From the sequence record SRR20825006_693: 34,103 nucleotides of DNA. The stretch is one strand, 5' to 3'. A program made the position numbers and the translations under genes. Under the pieces are notes generated by a model. It saw only the letters and a list, made by a program, of their open reading frames with translations. It was not told where the DNA came from and did not search any database. Numbering within the stretch: position 1 is the stretch's first letter; every line of letters begins with the position of its first letter. Shown here piece by piece: positions 25,458 to 34,103 of this stretch.

Positions 25458-26597
25458 CTAGCTCAGTAAACCTCTAGAGATTACGATCTTTTGAATTTCA
25501 GAAGTACCTTCATAGATCTGAGTGATCTTGGCGTCACGCATCAAGCGTTCAACGTGGTATTCTTTGACAAAACCATTTCCTCCGTGTACTTGTACTGCTT
25601 CAACAGTAACATCCATTGCGACTTTCGAAGCATAGAGCTTGGCCATTGCGCTCGAAATATCATAGTTGTTTCCTTGATCTTTATCCCAGGCTGCTTTCAT
25701 TACTAAATGACGCGCAGCTTCGATCTCCACATTCATATCGGCAAGCTTAAAGGCGATGGCTTGATGGTTGCAAATTTCAGTGCCAAAAGCTTTGCGCACT
25801 TTTGAGTAATCACGAGCCAATTCATAGGCTCCGGCAGCAATACCCAGCGCTTGCGCTGCTATACCTATGCGACCGCCACTTAATGTTTTCATAGCGAACT
25901 TAAACCCAAAGCCGTCCTCACCAATGCGATTTTCTTTGGGGATTTTTACGTCGTTAAAAATTAGAGAATGCGTGTCACTTCCGCGAATTCCTAGTTTTTG
26001 CTCTTTAGGGCCTACTTCAAATCCTTCCCAGCCTTTTTCAACAATAAAAGCATTGATGCCGCGATGTTTCTTTTCTTTATCGGTCTGAGCGATGACTAAG
26101 TAATAATCTGCAGAACCGCCGTTAGTGATCCAGTTCTTGGTTCCGTTTAAAATGTAGTGATCGCCTTTGTCGATCGCGGTGGTTTTTTGAGAAGTAGCAT
26201 CACTTCCTGCTTCTGGTTCGCTTAAACAGAACGCGCCTAATTTTTCACCGGTCGTTAATTTAGAAAGGTACTTTTCTTTTTGAGCCTGACTGCCGTAATT
26301 AGCCAGACCATAATTAACCAAACTATTATTAACCGAAACAATCACCGAGGCGGAAGCATCTATCTTAGATAATTCTTCCATGACCAGAACATAAGAGATG
26401 GTATCCATACCACCACCGCCAAACTCGGTTGGTGCCATCATTCCTAAGAATCCCATTTCGCCCATTTTCTTGATCAATTCCTTAGGGAAATGCTGCTGTT
26501 CATCGCGCTCAATCACTCCGGGTAGTAATTCATTTTGAGCAAATTCGCGAGCTGCGTCCCGAATCATTAAATGCTCTTCACTTAAACTAAAGTCCAT
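25458..26597 (-). CDS. Acyl-CoA dehydrogenase (short/branched-chain type)
   Basis: AFCLSEPEAGSDA, LNGTKNWITNG, KLGIRGSDT, GRIGIAAQALG, VQVHGGNG, RDAKITQIYEGTSEIQK. Confidence 0.96.
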   Translation of the reverse strand: MDFSLSEEHLMIRDAAREFAQNELLPGVIERDEQQHFPKELIKKMGEMGFLGMMAPTEFGGGGMDTISYVLVMEELSKIDASASVIVSVNNSLVNYGLANYGSQAQKEKYLSKLTTGEKLGAFCLSEPEAGSDATSQKTTAIDKGDHYILNGTKNWITNGGSADYYLVIAQTDKEKKHRGINAFIVEKGWEGFEVGPKEQKLGIRGSDTHSLIFNDVKIPKENRIGEDGFGFKFAMKTLSGGRIGIAAQALGIAAGAYELARDYSKVRKAFGTEICNHQAIAFKLADMNVEIEAARHLVMKAAWDKDQGNNYDISSAMAKLYASKVAMDVTVEAVQVHGGNGFVKEYHVERLMRDAKITQIYEGTSEIQKIVISRGLLS

Positions 26598-26826
26598 ATT
26601 AACTTGTGCTTTTAGATTGTACTATATCGTTTTCTTAAATTGTGTTCAGTTTAAAATATAAAGGTGTTATTTGGGTATAAATTAATCAATTTATTATGCT
26701 TGCATAACACTTTGTAAATTAAACCAATTTATTTATAGAAAATTCAAAAACTAATGATAAATATGCCGTAATTTAAATATTCTTTATAATTATAGCTAGT
26801 TTTTAAGAAAAAGCATAATTCATTTT

Positions 26827-27897
26827 ATGAATTCAACCACTTATTTAATGCTCGGTGTGATGAGCGGGACCTCTTTAGACGGAGTTGATCTTGCTTATGT
26901 GCGCTTTACGAAAACCAAGCATTGGCAGTACGAACTGCTTTCTTGCGAGACTATCCCTTACGAAACGGAGTGGGTTACACGCTTACAAAATGCCGTAGAC
27001 TTGCCTCAGTCAGCCTTGGCAAGTTTAGATCAAGAATACACGGCTTATTTGGCTACCCTAATACAATATTTTCGGGCTAGAAATCCGTTAAAGCAAATAG
27101 ACGCGATCGCCTCTCACGGTCATACCATTTTACATCAACCAGCTCAGGGAATTACTTATCAAATTGGCAATCGCCCAGAATTGGCAAAGCTTTGCAATAA
27201 TCTGGTAGTTTGTGATTTTAGAGTTGAAGATGTGGCATTAGGTGGGCAAGGAGCACCATTAGTGCCTATTGGAGATCAACTCTTGTTTCACAAGTATGAT
27301 GCGTGTTTAAATATTGGCGGTTTTGCAAATTTATCTTTTCAGATGGGAGAAGGGCGCGTAGCTTTTGATACGTGTCCGGCTAATATCGTGCTCAATCAAC
27401 TCACTCGTAAACTTGGGCTGCCTTTTGATAAAGACGGTCTGATTGCCAAACGCGGAAAGATTGACGCAGCTGTTTTAGACCAACTGAATGCGTTACCGTT
27501 TTATTCGCAAACCGGCCCAAAATCCTTGGGTCTTGAATGGGTGAAAGCCAAAATTTTTCCTATACTCAATGCGAGCGATGTTGCGGTAGAAGATCTTATT
27601 GCAACCTTTACGCAGCATATTGCGGTTCAGCTTGCACAAACGTTCGCCCAACTGCCAGTAACAAAAAATGGAATATTAGTAACCGGTGGTGGTGCATATA
27701 ACAAACACCTTATAGCTATCACACAAAATCTTGTGCAGCATAAGCTGATTGTGCCTGAAGCGAGCCTCATCGAATTTAAAGAAGCATTAATTTTTGCTTT
27801 TATGGGTGTTTTGCGTTTGCGCAACACAAACAATGTACTCAAGTGTGTTACAGGAGCTTCAAAAGATCATTGCGCAGGTTTACTGTATTCACCTTAA
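26827..27897 (+). CDS. anmK: Anhydro-N-acetylmuramic acid kinase
   Basis: GVMSGTSLDGVD, SHGHT, DFR..DVALGGQGAPLVP, NIGGFAN, FDTCPAN, PKSLGLE, GGGAYN, KEALIFA. Confidence 0.93.
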   Translation: MNSTTYLMLGVMSGTSLDGVDLAYVRFTKTKHWQYELLSCETIPYETEWVTRLQNAVDLPQSALASLDQEYTAYLATLIQYFRARNPLKQIDAIASHGHTILHQPAQGITYQIGNRPELAKLCNNLVVCDFRVEDVALGGQGAPLVPIGDQLLFHKYDACLNIGGFANLSFQMGEGRVAFDTCPANIVLNQLTRKLGLPFDKDGLIAKRGKIDAAVLDQLNALPFYSQTGPKSLGLEWVKAKIFPILNASDVAVEDLIATFTQHIAVQLAQTFAQLPVTKNGILVTGGGAYNKHLIAITQNLVQHKLIVPEASLIEFKEALIFAFMGVLRLRNTNNVLKCVTGASKDHCAGLLYSP

Positions 27898-27935
27898 ATT
27901 AATATGAAAACGATAGGGAAAACCACCTAAGTCGT

Positions 27936-27943
27936 TATATTTG
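27936..27943 (+). promoter_or_regulatory. Bacteroidota -7 promoter element (TATATTTG)
   Basis: TAnnTTTG 20 nt upstream of the dehydrogenase start. Confidence 0.6.
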
Positions 27944-27963
27944 TCAACCCTCTAGATTAATTA

Positions 27964-29190
27964 ATGAAAGATTTACTAAAACGTTACGAGAATAAAGAGC
28001 CGGAAATTGTTTTTCACTGGAACGATCCCGAAACCGAAGCCGAAGGCTGGACGGTGATCAATTCGCTTAGAGGCGGAGCTGCCGGTGGCGGAACAAGAAT
28101 GCGTGTAGGGCTCGATCGAAACGAAGTGTTATCACTTGCCAAAACCATGGAGGTGAAGTTTACCGTGTCTGGCCCGGCGATTGGCGGAGCTAAAAGCGGA
28201 ATCAACTTTGACCCTTCAGATCCCCGAAAAAAAGGAGTGCTAGAGCGCTGGTACGCGGCGGTCTCGCCTTTACTTAAAAGTTACTACGGAACCGGAGGAG
28301 ACCTTAATGTAGATGAAATTCACGAAGTGATTCCGATTACCGAAGAAAGCGGTGTGTGGCATCCGCAAGAAGGTGTTTTTAACGGGCATTTTAAACCTAC
28401 CGAAGCAGATAAGATCAATCGCATTGGGCAATTGCGTCAAGGAGTGATCAAAGTGCTTGAGAATTCAGCATACTCTCCTGATGTTTCCAGAAAATATACG
28501 GTTGCAGATATGATCACCGGTTATGGTGTAGCCGAAGCCGCACGCCATTTTTATGAGATTTATGGAGGAAATTTAGAAGGAAAACGTGCCGTTATACAGG
28601 GCTTTGGTAATGTAGGTTCTGCGGCAGCGTATTATTTGGCGCAACAAGGAGCCAAGATCGTTGGGATCATTGATGCAGCAGGCGGACTCATAAATGAAGA
28701 AGGTTTTTCTTTTGAAGAAATAAAAGATTTGTTCCTGAATAAAAAGGGCAATACATTGGTAGCCGAAAATCTTATTCCTTTTGAAGAGGTAAATAAGCGC
28801 ATTTGGGAGATCAAAACCGAAATTTTTGCGCCTTGCGCAGCATCAAGATTGGTGACTAAAGCACAGATAGATACGATGATCGATGCCGGGTTAGAGGTGA
28901 TCTCTTGTGGTGCAAATGTACCTTTTGCAGATAAAGAGATTTTCTTTGGGCCTATTATGGAATATACCGATGCTAAAGTTTCGGTGATTCCTGATTTTAT
29001 ATCCAATTGTGGGATGGCTCGTGTTTTTGCCTATTTTATGGAGCGTCGTGTACAAATGACCGATGAAGCGATCTTTAACGATACTTCATTGACCATTAAA
29101 AACGCAATTCAGAATACATTTAATCACAACAGCAGTAAACAAAATTTGAGTGAAACTGCTTTTGAGCTAGCATTGCAGCAGCTCGTTTAA
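27964..29190 (+). CDS. Glu/Leu/Phe/Val amino-acid dehydrogenase family protein
   Basis: GGGTRM, LAKTMEVK, GGAKSGI, TGYGV, QGFGNVG, CGAN, IPDFISNCG. Confidence 0.9.
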   Translation: MKDLLKRYENKEPEIVFHWNDPETEAEGWTVINSLRGGAAGGGTRMRVGLDRNEVLSLAKTMEVKFTVSGPAIGGAKSGINFDPSDPRKKGVLERWYAAVSPLLKSYYGTGGDLNVDEIHEVIPITEESGVWHPQEGVFNGHFKPTEADKINRIGQLRQGVIKVLENSAYSPDVSRKYTVADMITGYGVAEAARHFYEIYGGNLEGKRAVIQGFGNVGSAAAYYLAQQGAKIVGIIDAAGGLINEEGFSFEEIKDLFLNKKGNTLVAENLIPFEEVNKRIWEIKTEIFAPCAASRLVTKAQIDTMIDAGLEVISCGANVPFADKEIFFGPIMEYTDAKVSVIPDFISNCGMARVFAYFMERRVQMTDEAIFNDTSLTIKNAIQNTFNHNSSKQNLSETAFELALQQLV

Positions 29191-29227
29191 TATTAAAATT
29201 GAATAATTAACCAACAAACGAATACAA

Positions 29228-30700
29228 ATGTTAAAGTACTTTTTGGGTAGCAGCCCACGCTGGTTTAAGATGGCTATGATCGCTTTCTTAATATTTAATG
29301 TCATCTCTTACTACGTTTTAGGACCTATGGTAACCGCTTGGCTTTTTATTGGGGAATTTATTTTTACCCTGGCGATGGCTCTTAAATGCTATCCGTTACA
29401 ATCAGGAGGTATCTTAGCCTTAGAAGCATTGATCTTAGGGCTTACGAGTCCGGAGGCTGCTTATGAAGAAGTTGATCAAAACCTAGAAGTGGTATTACTG
29501 CTTGTGTTTATGGTGGCTGGTATTTACTTTATGAAACCTATGCTGATGTACATCTTCTCTAAGGTGTTCACTAAAATAAAATCTAAAGTAGTGCTCTCTA
29601 TGCTGTTTGTTTTCCTGGCAGCAGTGCTTTCTGCTTTCTTAGATGCGTTAACAGTAACCGCTGTATTGATCAGTGTGGCAGTAGGGTTCTATGGAGTTTA
29701 TCATAAAATTCACTCTATGGAAAGTGCCGACTATGATGCAGATAAAGTTCCGGATAGAGAAGCTCTAAGTGGTGAAACGCTTGAGCAGTTTAGAGGTTTT
29801 CTTCGCAGTTTGATAATGCACGGTGTTGTAGGTACTGCTCTTGGTGGTGTTTGTACACTTGTAGGAGAGCCGCAGAACTTATTGATTGGTGAAAAAATGG
29901 GTTGGGAATTTATTGAGTTCTTTGAGCGTATGGCGCCAATCACTATTCCGGTTTTAGTATGTGGTTTGCTTACCACCTTCTTACTAGAAAAAACAAAGTT
30001 ATTTGGTTTTGGAGATAAGCTTCCGGCTGTAGCGCGTACGATCATTGAGAACTACACCGCTGAGGTTGATGAGAAAAGAACTCCAAAAGAATCTTTCGGT
30101 CTTTGGATTCAAGGTATTTCTGCGATCTTATTGATTTTAAGTTTAGCATTGCATTTAGCGCCTGTAGGGTTCATCGGTTTATTCTTGATCGTAGTTCAAA
30201 CGGCATTTATGGGAATCACTGACGAGCACAGTTTAGGTAAGGCTTTTGAAGAAGCACTTCCGTTTACGGCGCTTTTAGTGGTATTCTTTGTGGTGGTTGC
30301 GATGATTCACGACCAGCATTTATTTACTCCCATCATTGAGTATGTTCTTGAAATGGATCCTGCAAGTCAGCCTTCGATGTTCTACTTAGCTAACGGAATT
30401 TTATCAATGATTAGTGATAACGTATTTGTGGCTACGGTTTATATCAACGAAGTTCAAGTGGCTTTTGATGCCGGGAATATTACGCGTGAGCAATTTAATC
30501 ACTTGGCTGTGGCGATCAATACCGGTACAAACTTGCCTAGTGTTGCAACACCTAACGGTCAGGCTGCATTCTTATTCTTATTAACCTCTTCATTGGCTCC
30601 GCTAATCAATCTTTCTTACGGAAGAATGGTAAAAATGGCGCTTCCGTACACTATTGTTTTAGGAGGTGTGGGCTTACTGGGAGTTTATATGTTCTTGTAA
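29228..30700 (+). CDS. nhaB: Na+/H+ antiporter NhaB
   Basis: [105 protein letters not shown]. Confidence 0.92.
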   Translation: MLKYFLGSSPRWFKMAMIAFLIFNVISYYVLGPMVTAWLFIGEFIFTLAMALKCYPLQSGGILALEALILGLTSPEAAYEEVDQNLEVVLLLVFMVAGIYFMKPMLMYIFSKVFTKIKSKVVLSMLFVFLAAVLSAFLDALTVTAVLISVAVGFYGVYHKIHSMESADYDADKVPDREALSGETLEQFRGFLRSLIMHGVVGTALGGVCTLVGEPQNLLIGEKMGWEFIEFFERMAPITIPVLVCGLLTTFLLEKTKLFGFGDKLPAVARTIIENYTAEVDEKRTPKESFGLWIQGISAILLILSLALHLAPVGFIGLFLIVVQTAFMGITDEHSLGKAFEEALPFTALLVVFFVVVAMIHDQHLFTPIIEYVLEMDPASQPSMFYLANGILSMISDNVFVATVYINEVQVAFDAGNITREQFNHLAVAINTGTNLPSVATPNGQAAFLFLLTSSLAPLINLSYGRMVKMALPYTIVLGGVGLLGVYMFL

Positions 30701-30777
30701 AGTTTATAAATCCTGTATTTGAGCATATAATTTAAAACGCTTTTGCACGTTAACTTCATAACTAATTAAGAAAAACT

Positions 30778-31482
30778 ATGCTTACACTCTTGTTGCAAGA
30801 AGGTGCTGAAACTTTGCCATCACTTGCTGCCGAAGAAGAACCGGTAGAAAAGACGCTTTCGCTTTTTGATTTATTGATGAGCGGCGGATTGCCGGGACAA
30901 ATAATTATACTCGTGCTTTTTGTGCTGCTTTTTGTGGCGATCTATATTTATTTTGAACGTTTGTTTGCCATCAAAGCTGCCTCCGGAATGGATAGCAACT
31001 TTATGAATCAAATTAAAGACAACGTCGCTAACGGAAAGATCGAAGCTGCAAAAGTGCTTTGCGCACAGCAAAACAGTCCGGTTTCAAGATTAACCGCTAA
31101 AGGAATCAGCCGTATTGGGAGTCCGTTAGAAGATATCAATACTGCTATTGAAAATTCAGGTCGTCTTGAAGTCTATCGTCTGGAAAAAAACGTGAGTGTT
31201 TTGGCAACGATTGCTGGTGCTGCGCCTATGATTGGATTTTTAGGAACGGTGATCGGGATGGTGCTTGCTTTTCATCAGCTAGCAACCAGTAGCGGTCAGG
31301 CAGAGATGGGTAATCTAGCCGAAGGTATTTACACGGCGATGACTACAACAGTTGCAGGTCTAATCGTGGGTATCATCGCTTATATTGGCTACAATCACCT
31401 TGTGGTGCGTACTGATAAAGTAGTACACCAGATGGAAGCTACAGCGGTAGATTTCTTAGATATGTTAAACGAACCGGTTTAG
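30778..31482 (+). CDS. exbB: MotA/TolQ/ExbB proton channel protein
   Basis: LATIAGAAPMIGFLGTVIGM, GIYTAMTTTVAGLIVGI. Confidence 0.92.
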   Translation: MLTLLLQEGAETLPSLAAEEEPVEKTLSLFDLLMSGGLPGQIIILVLFVLLFVAIYIYFERLFAIKAASGMDSNFMNQIKDNVANGKIEAAKVLCAQQNSPVSRLTAKGISRIGSPLEDINTAIENSGRLEVYRLEKNVSVLATIAGAAPMIGFLGTVIGMVLAFHQLATSSGQAEMGNLAEGIYTAMTTTVAGLIVGIIAYIGYNHLVVRTDKVVHQMEATAVDFLDMLNEPV

Positions 31483-31483
31483 T

Positions 31484-31876
31484 ATGAACCTACGCGGAAG
31501 AAATAAAGTGAGTCCGGAGTTTAGTATGAGCTCCATGACAGATATTGTATTTCTGTTGTTGGTGTTTTTCTTACTAACCTCTCCTGCGATCACTCCAGAT
31601 GCCCTTGACTTAATTTTGCCAAAGGCGAAAGGGAAAACGAGTAATCAGCAAAATCTTTCTGTAAGCATTACAAAAGATTTGGATATTTACGTGAATAAAG
31701 AGCGGGTTTTGCCTAATAATCTTGAATCCTTTATCAATAGTGAGCTTTCAGGAGTAGAAGATCCTACCATTATTTTACGAGCGGAAGAAGGAGTTCCTAT
31801 CGAAGAAGCTGTTTCGGTGATGGATATCGCAAATCGCAACAAATACAAAATCGTATTGGCCGTTAGGCCGAACTAA
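31484..31876 (+). CDS. exbD: ExbD/TolR biopolymer transport protein
   Basis: MSSMTDIVFLLLVFFLL transmembrane motif with conserved Asp; LPKA; VMDIA. Confidence 0.92.
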   Translation: MNLRGRNKVSPEFSMSSMTDIVFLLLVFFLLTSPAITPDALDLILPKAKGKTSNQQNLSVSITKDLDIYVNKERVLPNNLESFINSELSGVEDPTIILRAEEGVPIEEAVSVMDIANRNKYKIVLAVRPN

Positions 31877-31881
31877 AAATC

Positions 31882-31915
31882 ATCAAACCGAATAGCAGTA
31901 TTCGGTTTGATTTTT
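31882..31915 (+). terminator. Hairpin / terminator between exbD and tonB
   Basis: ATCAAACCGAATA-GCAG-TATTCGGTTTGAT perfect 13-bp stem followed by TTTT. Confidence 0.65.
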
Positions 31916-31946
31916 GATTCATAGATGTTCAACCAATATTGCTGTC

Positions 31947-32780
31947 TTGAGCTTTTTAGATACAAAACATAAACGCAAGTCTTTTACCTTAACAAGCATC
32001 ATCTATGCCTTGTTTTTGATTTTGTTGTTTTTCGTCGGACTCACGTATCTAGATCCTCCGCCAGAAAGTGGTATTGCAATAAATTTTGGGACTTCAGATG
32101 TAGGTTCAGGAACTATTCAACCTCAGGCTGCAGTTGAGTCCGCGCCGCGAAATACCACTCCAGAACCGCCGCAAGTTGAGAAATCTACAGAGGTGAAAGA
32201 GGAGGTGGTAACGCAAGAGACCGAAGAAGCTCCGGTGATCAAAGAAGAGCCCAAAAAAGAAATTAAAAAGCCTGTTGAGCAACAGCCTAAGAAAACCGAA
32301 ACCAAACCGGTTGAAGCTAAAAAACCTGATCCAAAACCAGATAAGTCTACCACAGATGCGCTGTCAAGTATTTTAAACGGACCTAAAAGTTCGGGTACTG
32401 AGCGTGGAGGTGAAGGCAATGATAATCAAGCCGGAGATAAGGGAGATCCCAATGGCGATCCTAATGCATCAAGTTATTACGGAAACGGAAAAGGCTTAGA
32501 TGGTGATGGAAATTATCAGTTGGGAGGTCGTAAGGCTTTAAGTAAACCTAAGCGTGTTCAGGATTGTAACGAAGCCGGAATCGTGGTCGTGAGTATCGAG
32601 GTAGACCGCAATGGAAATGTGATTAAAGCGACACCCGGAGTGCGCGGAACCACAAATAATAGCCGTTGTTTGCTAGATCCTGCAAAGGCCGCTGCTTTGG
32701 CGACTAAATTCAATCCGGATACGGATGCTCCTTCACGACAGATAGGTAAAATAGTGTACAAGTTTAGTCTTTCAGAATAA
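31947..32780 (+). CDS. tonB: TonB/TolA-like energy transducer
   Basis: Probable TTG start (MSFLDTKHKRKS); N-terminal TM helix, P/K/E-rich then Gly-rich linker, C-terminal GIVVVSIEVDRNGNV...GKIVYKF domain; stop overlaps the folC start (TAATG). Confidence 0.8.
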   Translation: MSFLDTKHKRKSFTLTSIIYALFLILLFFVGLTYLDPPPESGIAINFGTSDVGSGTIQPQAAVESAPRNTTPEPPQVEKSTEVKEEVVTQETEEAPVIKEEPKKEIKKPVEQQPKKTETKPVEAKKPDPKPDKSTTDALSSILNGPKSSGTERGGEGNDNQAGDKGDPNGDPNASSYYGNGKGLDGDGNYQLGGRKALSKPKRVQDCNEAGIVVVSIEVDRNGNVIKATPGVRGTTNNSRCLLDPAKAAALATKFNPDTDAPSRQIGKIVYKFSLSE

Positions 32781-34003
32781 TGAACTATCAGCAAACGCTG
32801 CAGTACATGTTTGAGCGCTTGCCCATGTTTCAGCGACAGGGCGCTTCAGCATTCAAAAAAGATTTAGGGAATATCACTAAGTTGTGTGACTACCTAAATA
32901 ATCCTCAAAATACATTCAAGTCAATTCACGTAGGCGGAACCAATGGTAAAGGTTCTACAAGTCATATGCTGGCTTCTGTTTTACAGGAAGCCGGTTACAA
33001 GGTGGGATTGCATACTTCACCGCATTTAAAAGACTTTAGAGAGCGTATACGCGTCAATGGGGAGATGGCTGAAGAAAACTTCGTGATCGAGTTTGTAGAG
33101 GCGCACAAAGCTTTTATTGAAGCGCACCAGCTTTCTTTTTTTGAGCTTACCGTTGGGATGGCTTTTGAATATTTTAAAATTCAGCAGGTGGATGTTGCAA
33201 TTATTGAAGTAGGATTGGGAGGAAGGTTAGATTCAACAAATATCATTACTCCAGAATTATCGGTGATTACCAACATTGGTTTAGATCATACAGCTTTTTT
33301 GGGAGACACATTAAAGGCAATAGCTGGAGAAAAAGCAGGAATAATAAAACCGAATATTCCTGTGGTGATCGGCGAGCGCCAAGAAGAAACTACAGAAGTT
33401 TTTGAGACCGCCGCAAAAAAGAATCACGCGCCTATAGTTTTTGCTTCAGATAATCAGTTTCCTGATCTGGAAAGCGAATTAAAGGGTAGCTATCAGCAGA
33501 AAAATAAAGCTACTGTGCAACAGGCGATACGCGTCTTGAATCAAAAAACCGATTTTAAAATTCCGGAAGCTGCGTTAATATCCGGGATTAAAAATGTCAT
33601 TCGCAATACAGGCTTGTTGGGGCGTTGGCAGATCATACAGGAATCCAATCCTAAGATCGTTTGCGACACAGGCCATAATAAAGAAGGTCTGACCTATGTG
33701 ATGCGCCAATTGAAAGAAGAGCAGTATAAGCAGCTCCATATTGTTTTAGGAGTGGTTTCTGATAAAGATTTGAATAGTGTGCTGCCATTATTTCCTAAAG
33801 AAGCATCATATTATTTCAGTAAGCCGGATGTGCCAAGAGGACTTTCTGAAGAAGATTTGCAGCAAAAAGCATTGCATTTTGGCCTTCACGGAAAAAAGTT
33901 TAAAAAAATTTTACAAGCTTTAAATGCTGCTAAAAAGGCGTCAGGTGCTGAGGATCTGATATTTGTGGGAGGGAGCACTTTTGTGGTTGCAGAAATAATT
34001 TAA
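32780..34003 (+). CDS. folC: Folylpolyglutamate synthase / dihydrofolate synthase
   Basis: HVGGTNGKGS, TSPHL, ERIR, EVGLGGRLDSTN, GLDH, EKAGIIK, GRWQ, DTGHN, GS. Confidence 0.96.
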   Translation: MNYQQTLQYMFERLPMFQRQGASAFKKDLGNITKLCDYLNNPQNTFKSIHVGGTNGKGSTSHMLASVLQEAGYKVGLHTSPHLKDFRERIRVNGEMAEENFVIEFVEAHKAFIEAHQLSFFELTVGMAFEYFKIQQVDVAIIEVGLGGRLDSTNIITPELSVITNIGLDHTAFLGDTLKAIAGEKAGIIKPNIPVVIGERQEETTEVFETAAKKNHAPIVFASDNQFPDLESELKGSYQQKNKATVQQAIRVLNQKTDFKIPEAALISGIKNVIRNTGLLGRWQIIQESNPKIVCDTGHNKEGLTYVMRQLKEEQYKQLHIVLGVVSDKDLNSVLPLFPKEASYYFSKPDVPRGLSEEDLQQKALHFGLHGKKFKKILQALNAAKKASGAEDLIFVGGSTFVVAEII

Positions 34004-34020
34004 TTTTTTTGAAAAAAGGC

Positions 34021-34050
34021 TTTGCAAACTTAAAAATTGGTTTATATTTG
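34021..34050 (+). promoter_or_regulatory. Bacteroidota housekeeping-sigma promoter for the tRNA
   Basis: TTTG (34021-34024), 18-nt spacer, TATATTTG (34043-34050), matching the -33/-7 consensus. Confidence 0.8.
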
Positions 34051-34066
34051 CATCCGCTAACAGCAA

Positions 34067-34103
34067 GGGCGCGTAGCTCAGTTGGTTCAGAGCACTTGGT
34101 TTA
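34067..34103 (+). tRNA. tRNA, probably Val(TAC); 3'-truncated at window edge
   Basis: GGGCGCG acceptor strand, TA, D-arm GCTC-AGTTGGTTCA-GAGC, anticodon stem CTTGG, loop begins TT-TA; third anticodon base lies outside the window. Confidence 0.85.

Noticed and set aside
31914-31946. Longer tonB start at 31914
   Set aside because: Lies in the hairpin T tract; TTG 31947 gives a typical short basic N-terminus before the TM helix.
32150-32530. Low-complexity, repeat-like sequence in tonB
   Set aside because: Explained by the normal Pro/Lys/Glu-rich and Gly-rich linker; not a DNA repeat.
1-34103. CRISPR array, IS element, integrase or prophage
   Set aside because: No spaced direct repeats, transposase, integrase or phage ORFs seen; intergenic regions are short.

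Overview
Window from a probably marine Bacteroidota (Flavobacteriaceae-like) genome, judged by the SusC/SusD pair, TAnnTTTG promoter elements and Na+-coupled transporters. Order: (1) 3' part of era, then an AT-rich RelE/ParE toxin-antitoxin pair. (2) An 11-gene minus-strand cluster (13721->1473): exported rhodanese, CofC-like/DUF2064 transferase, purine nucleoside phosphorylase, AhpD-like CxxC protein, radical SAM ArsS, second DUF2064 protein, SusC, SusD, Na+:solute symporter, atypical Cys-rich metallophosphoesterase and ArsM. This joins arsenosugar-pathway enzymes to a PUL-type import module with no glycoside hydrolase and no classical ars resistance genes. (3) A divergent glycerol/galactose cluster: galM, a single-ORF glpK-glpD fusion, a NagD-type HAD phosphatase, galE, galK-galT-LacI and a sugar symporter. 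(4) Housekeeping block: acyl-CoA dehydrogenase, anmK, Glu/Leu/Phe/Val dehydrogenase, nhaB, exbB-exbD-tonB, folC and the 5' half of a probable tRNA-Val. Most interesting candidate system: an organoarsenical (arseno-adenosine/arsenosugar) synthesis-and-uptake locus. Its PNP has Asp in place of the 6-oxopurine-selecting Asn and Ile in place of the 5'-OH-binding His, as expected for an enzyme acting on the ArsS product. All family calls come from reading motifs by eye, not from database searches.
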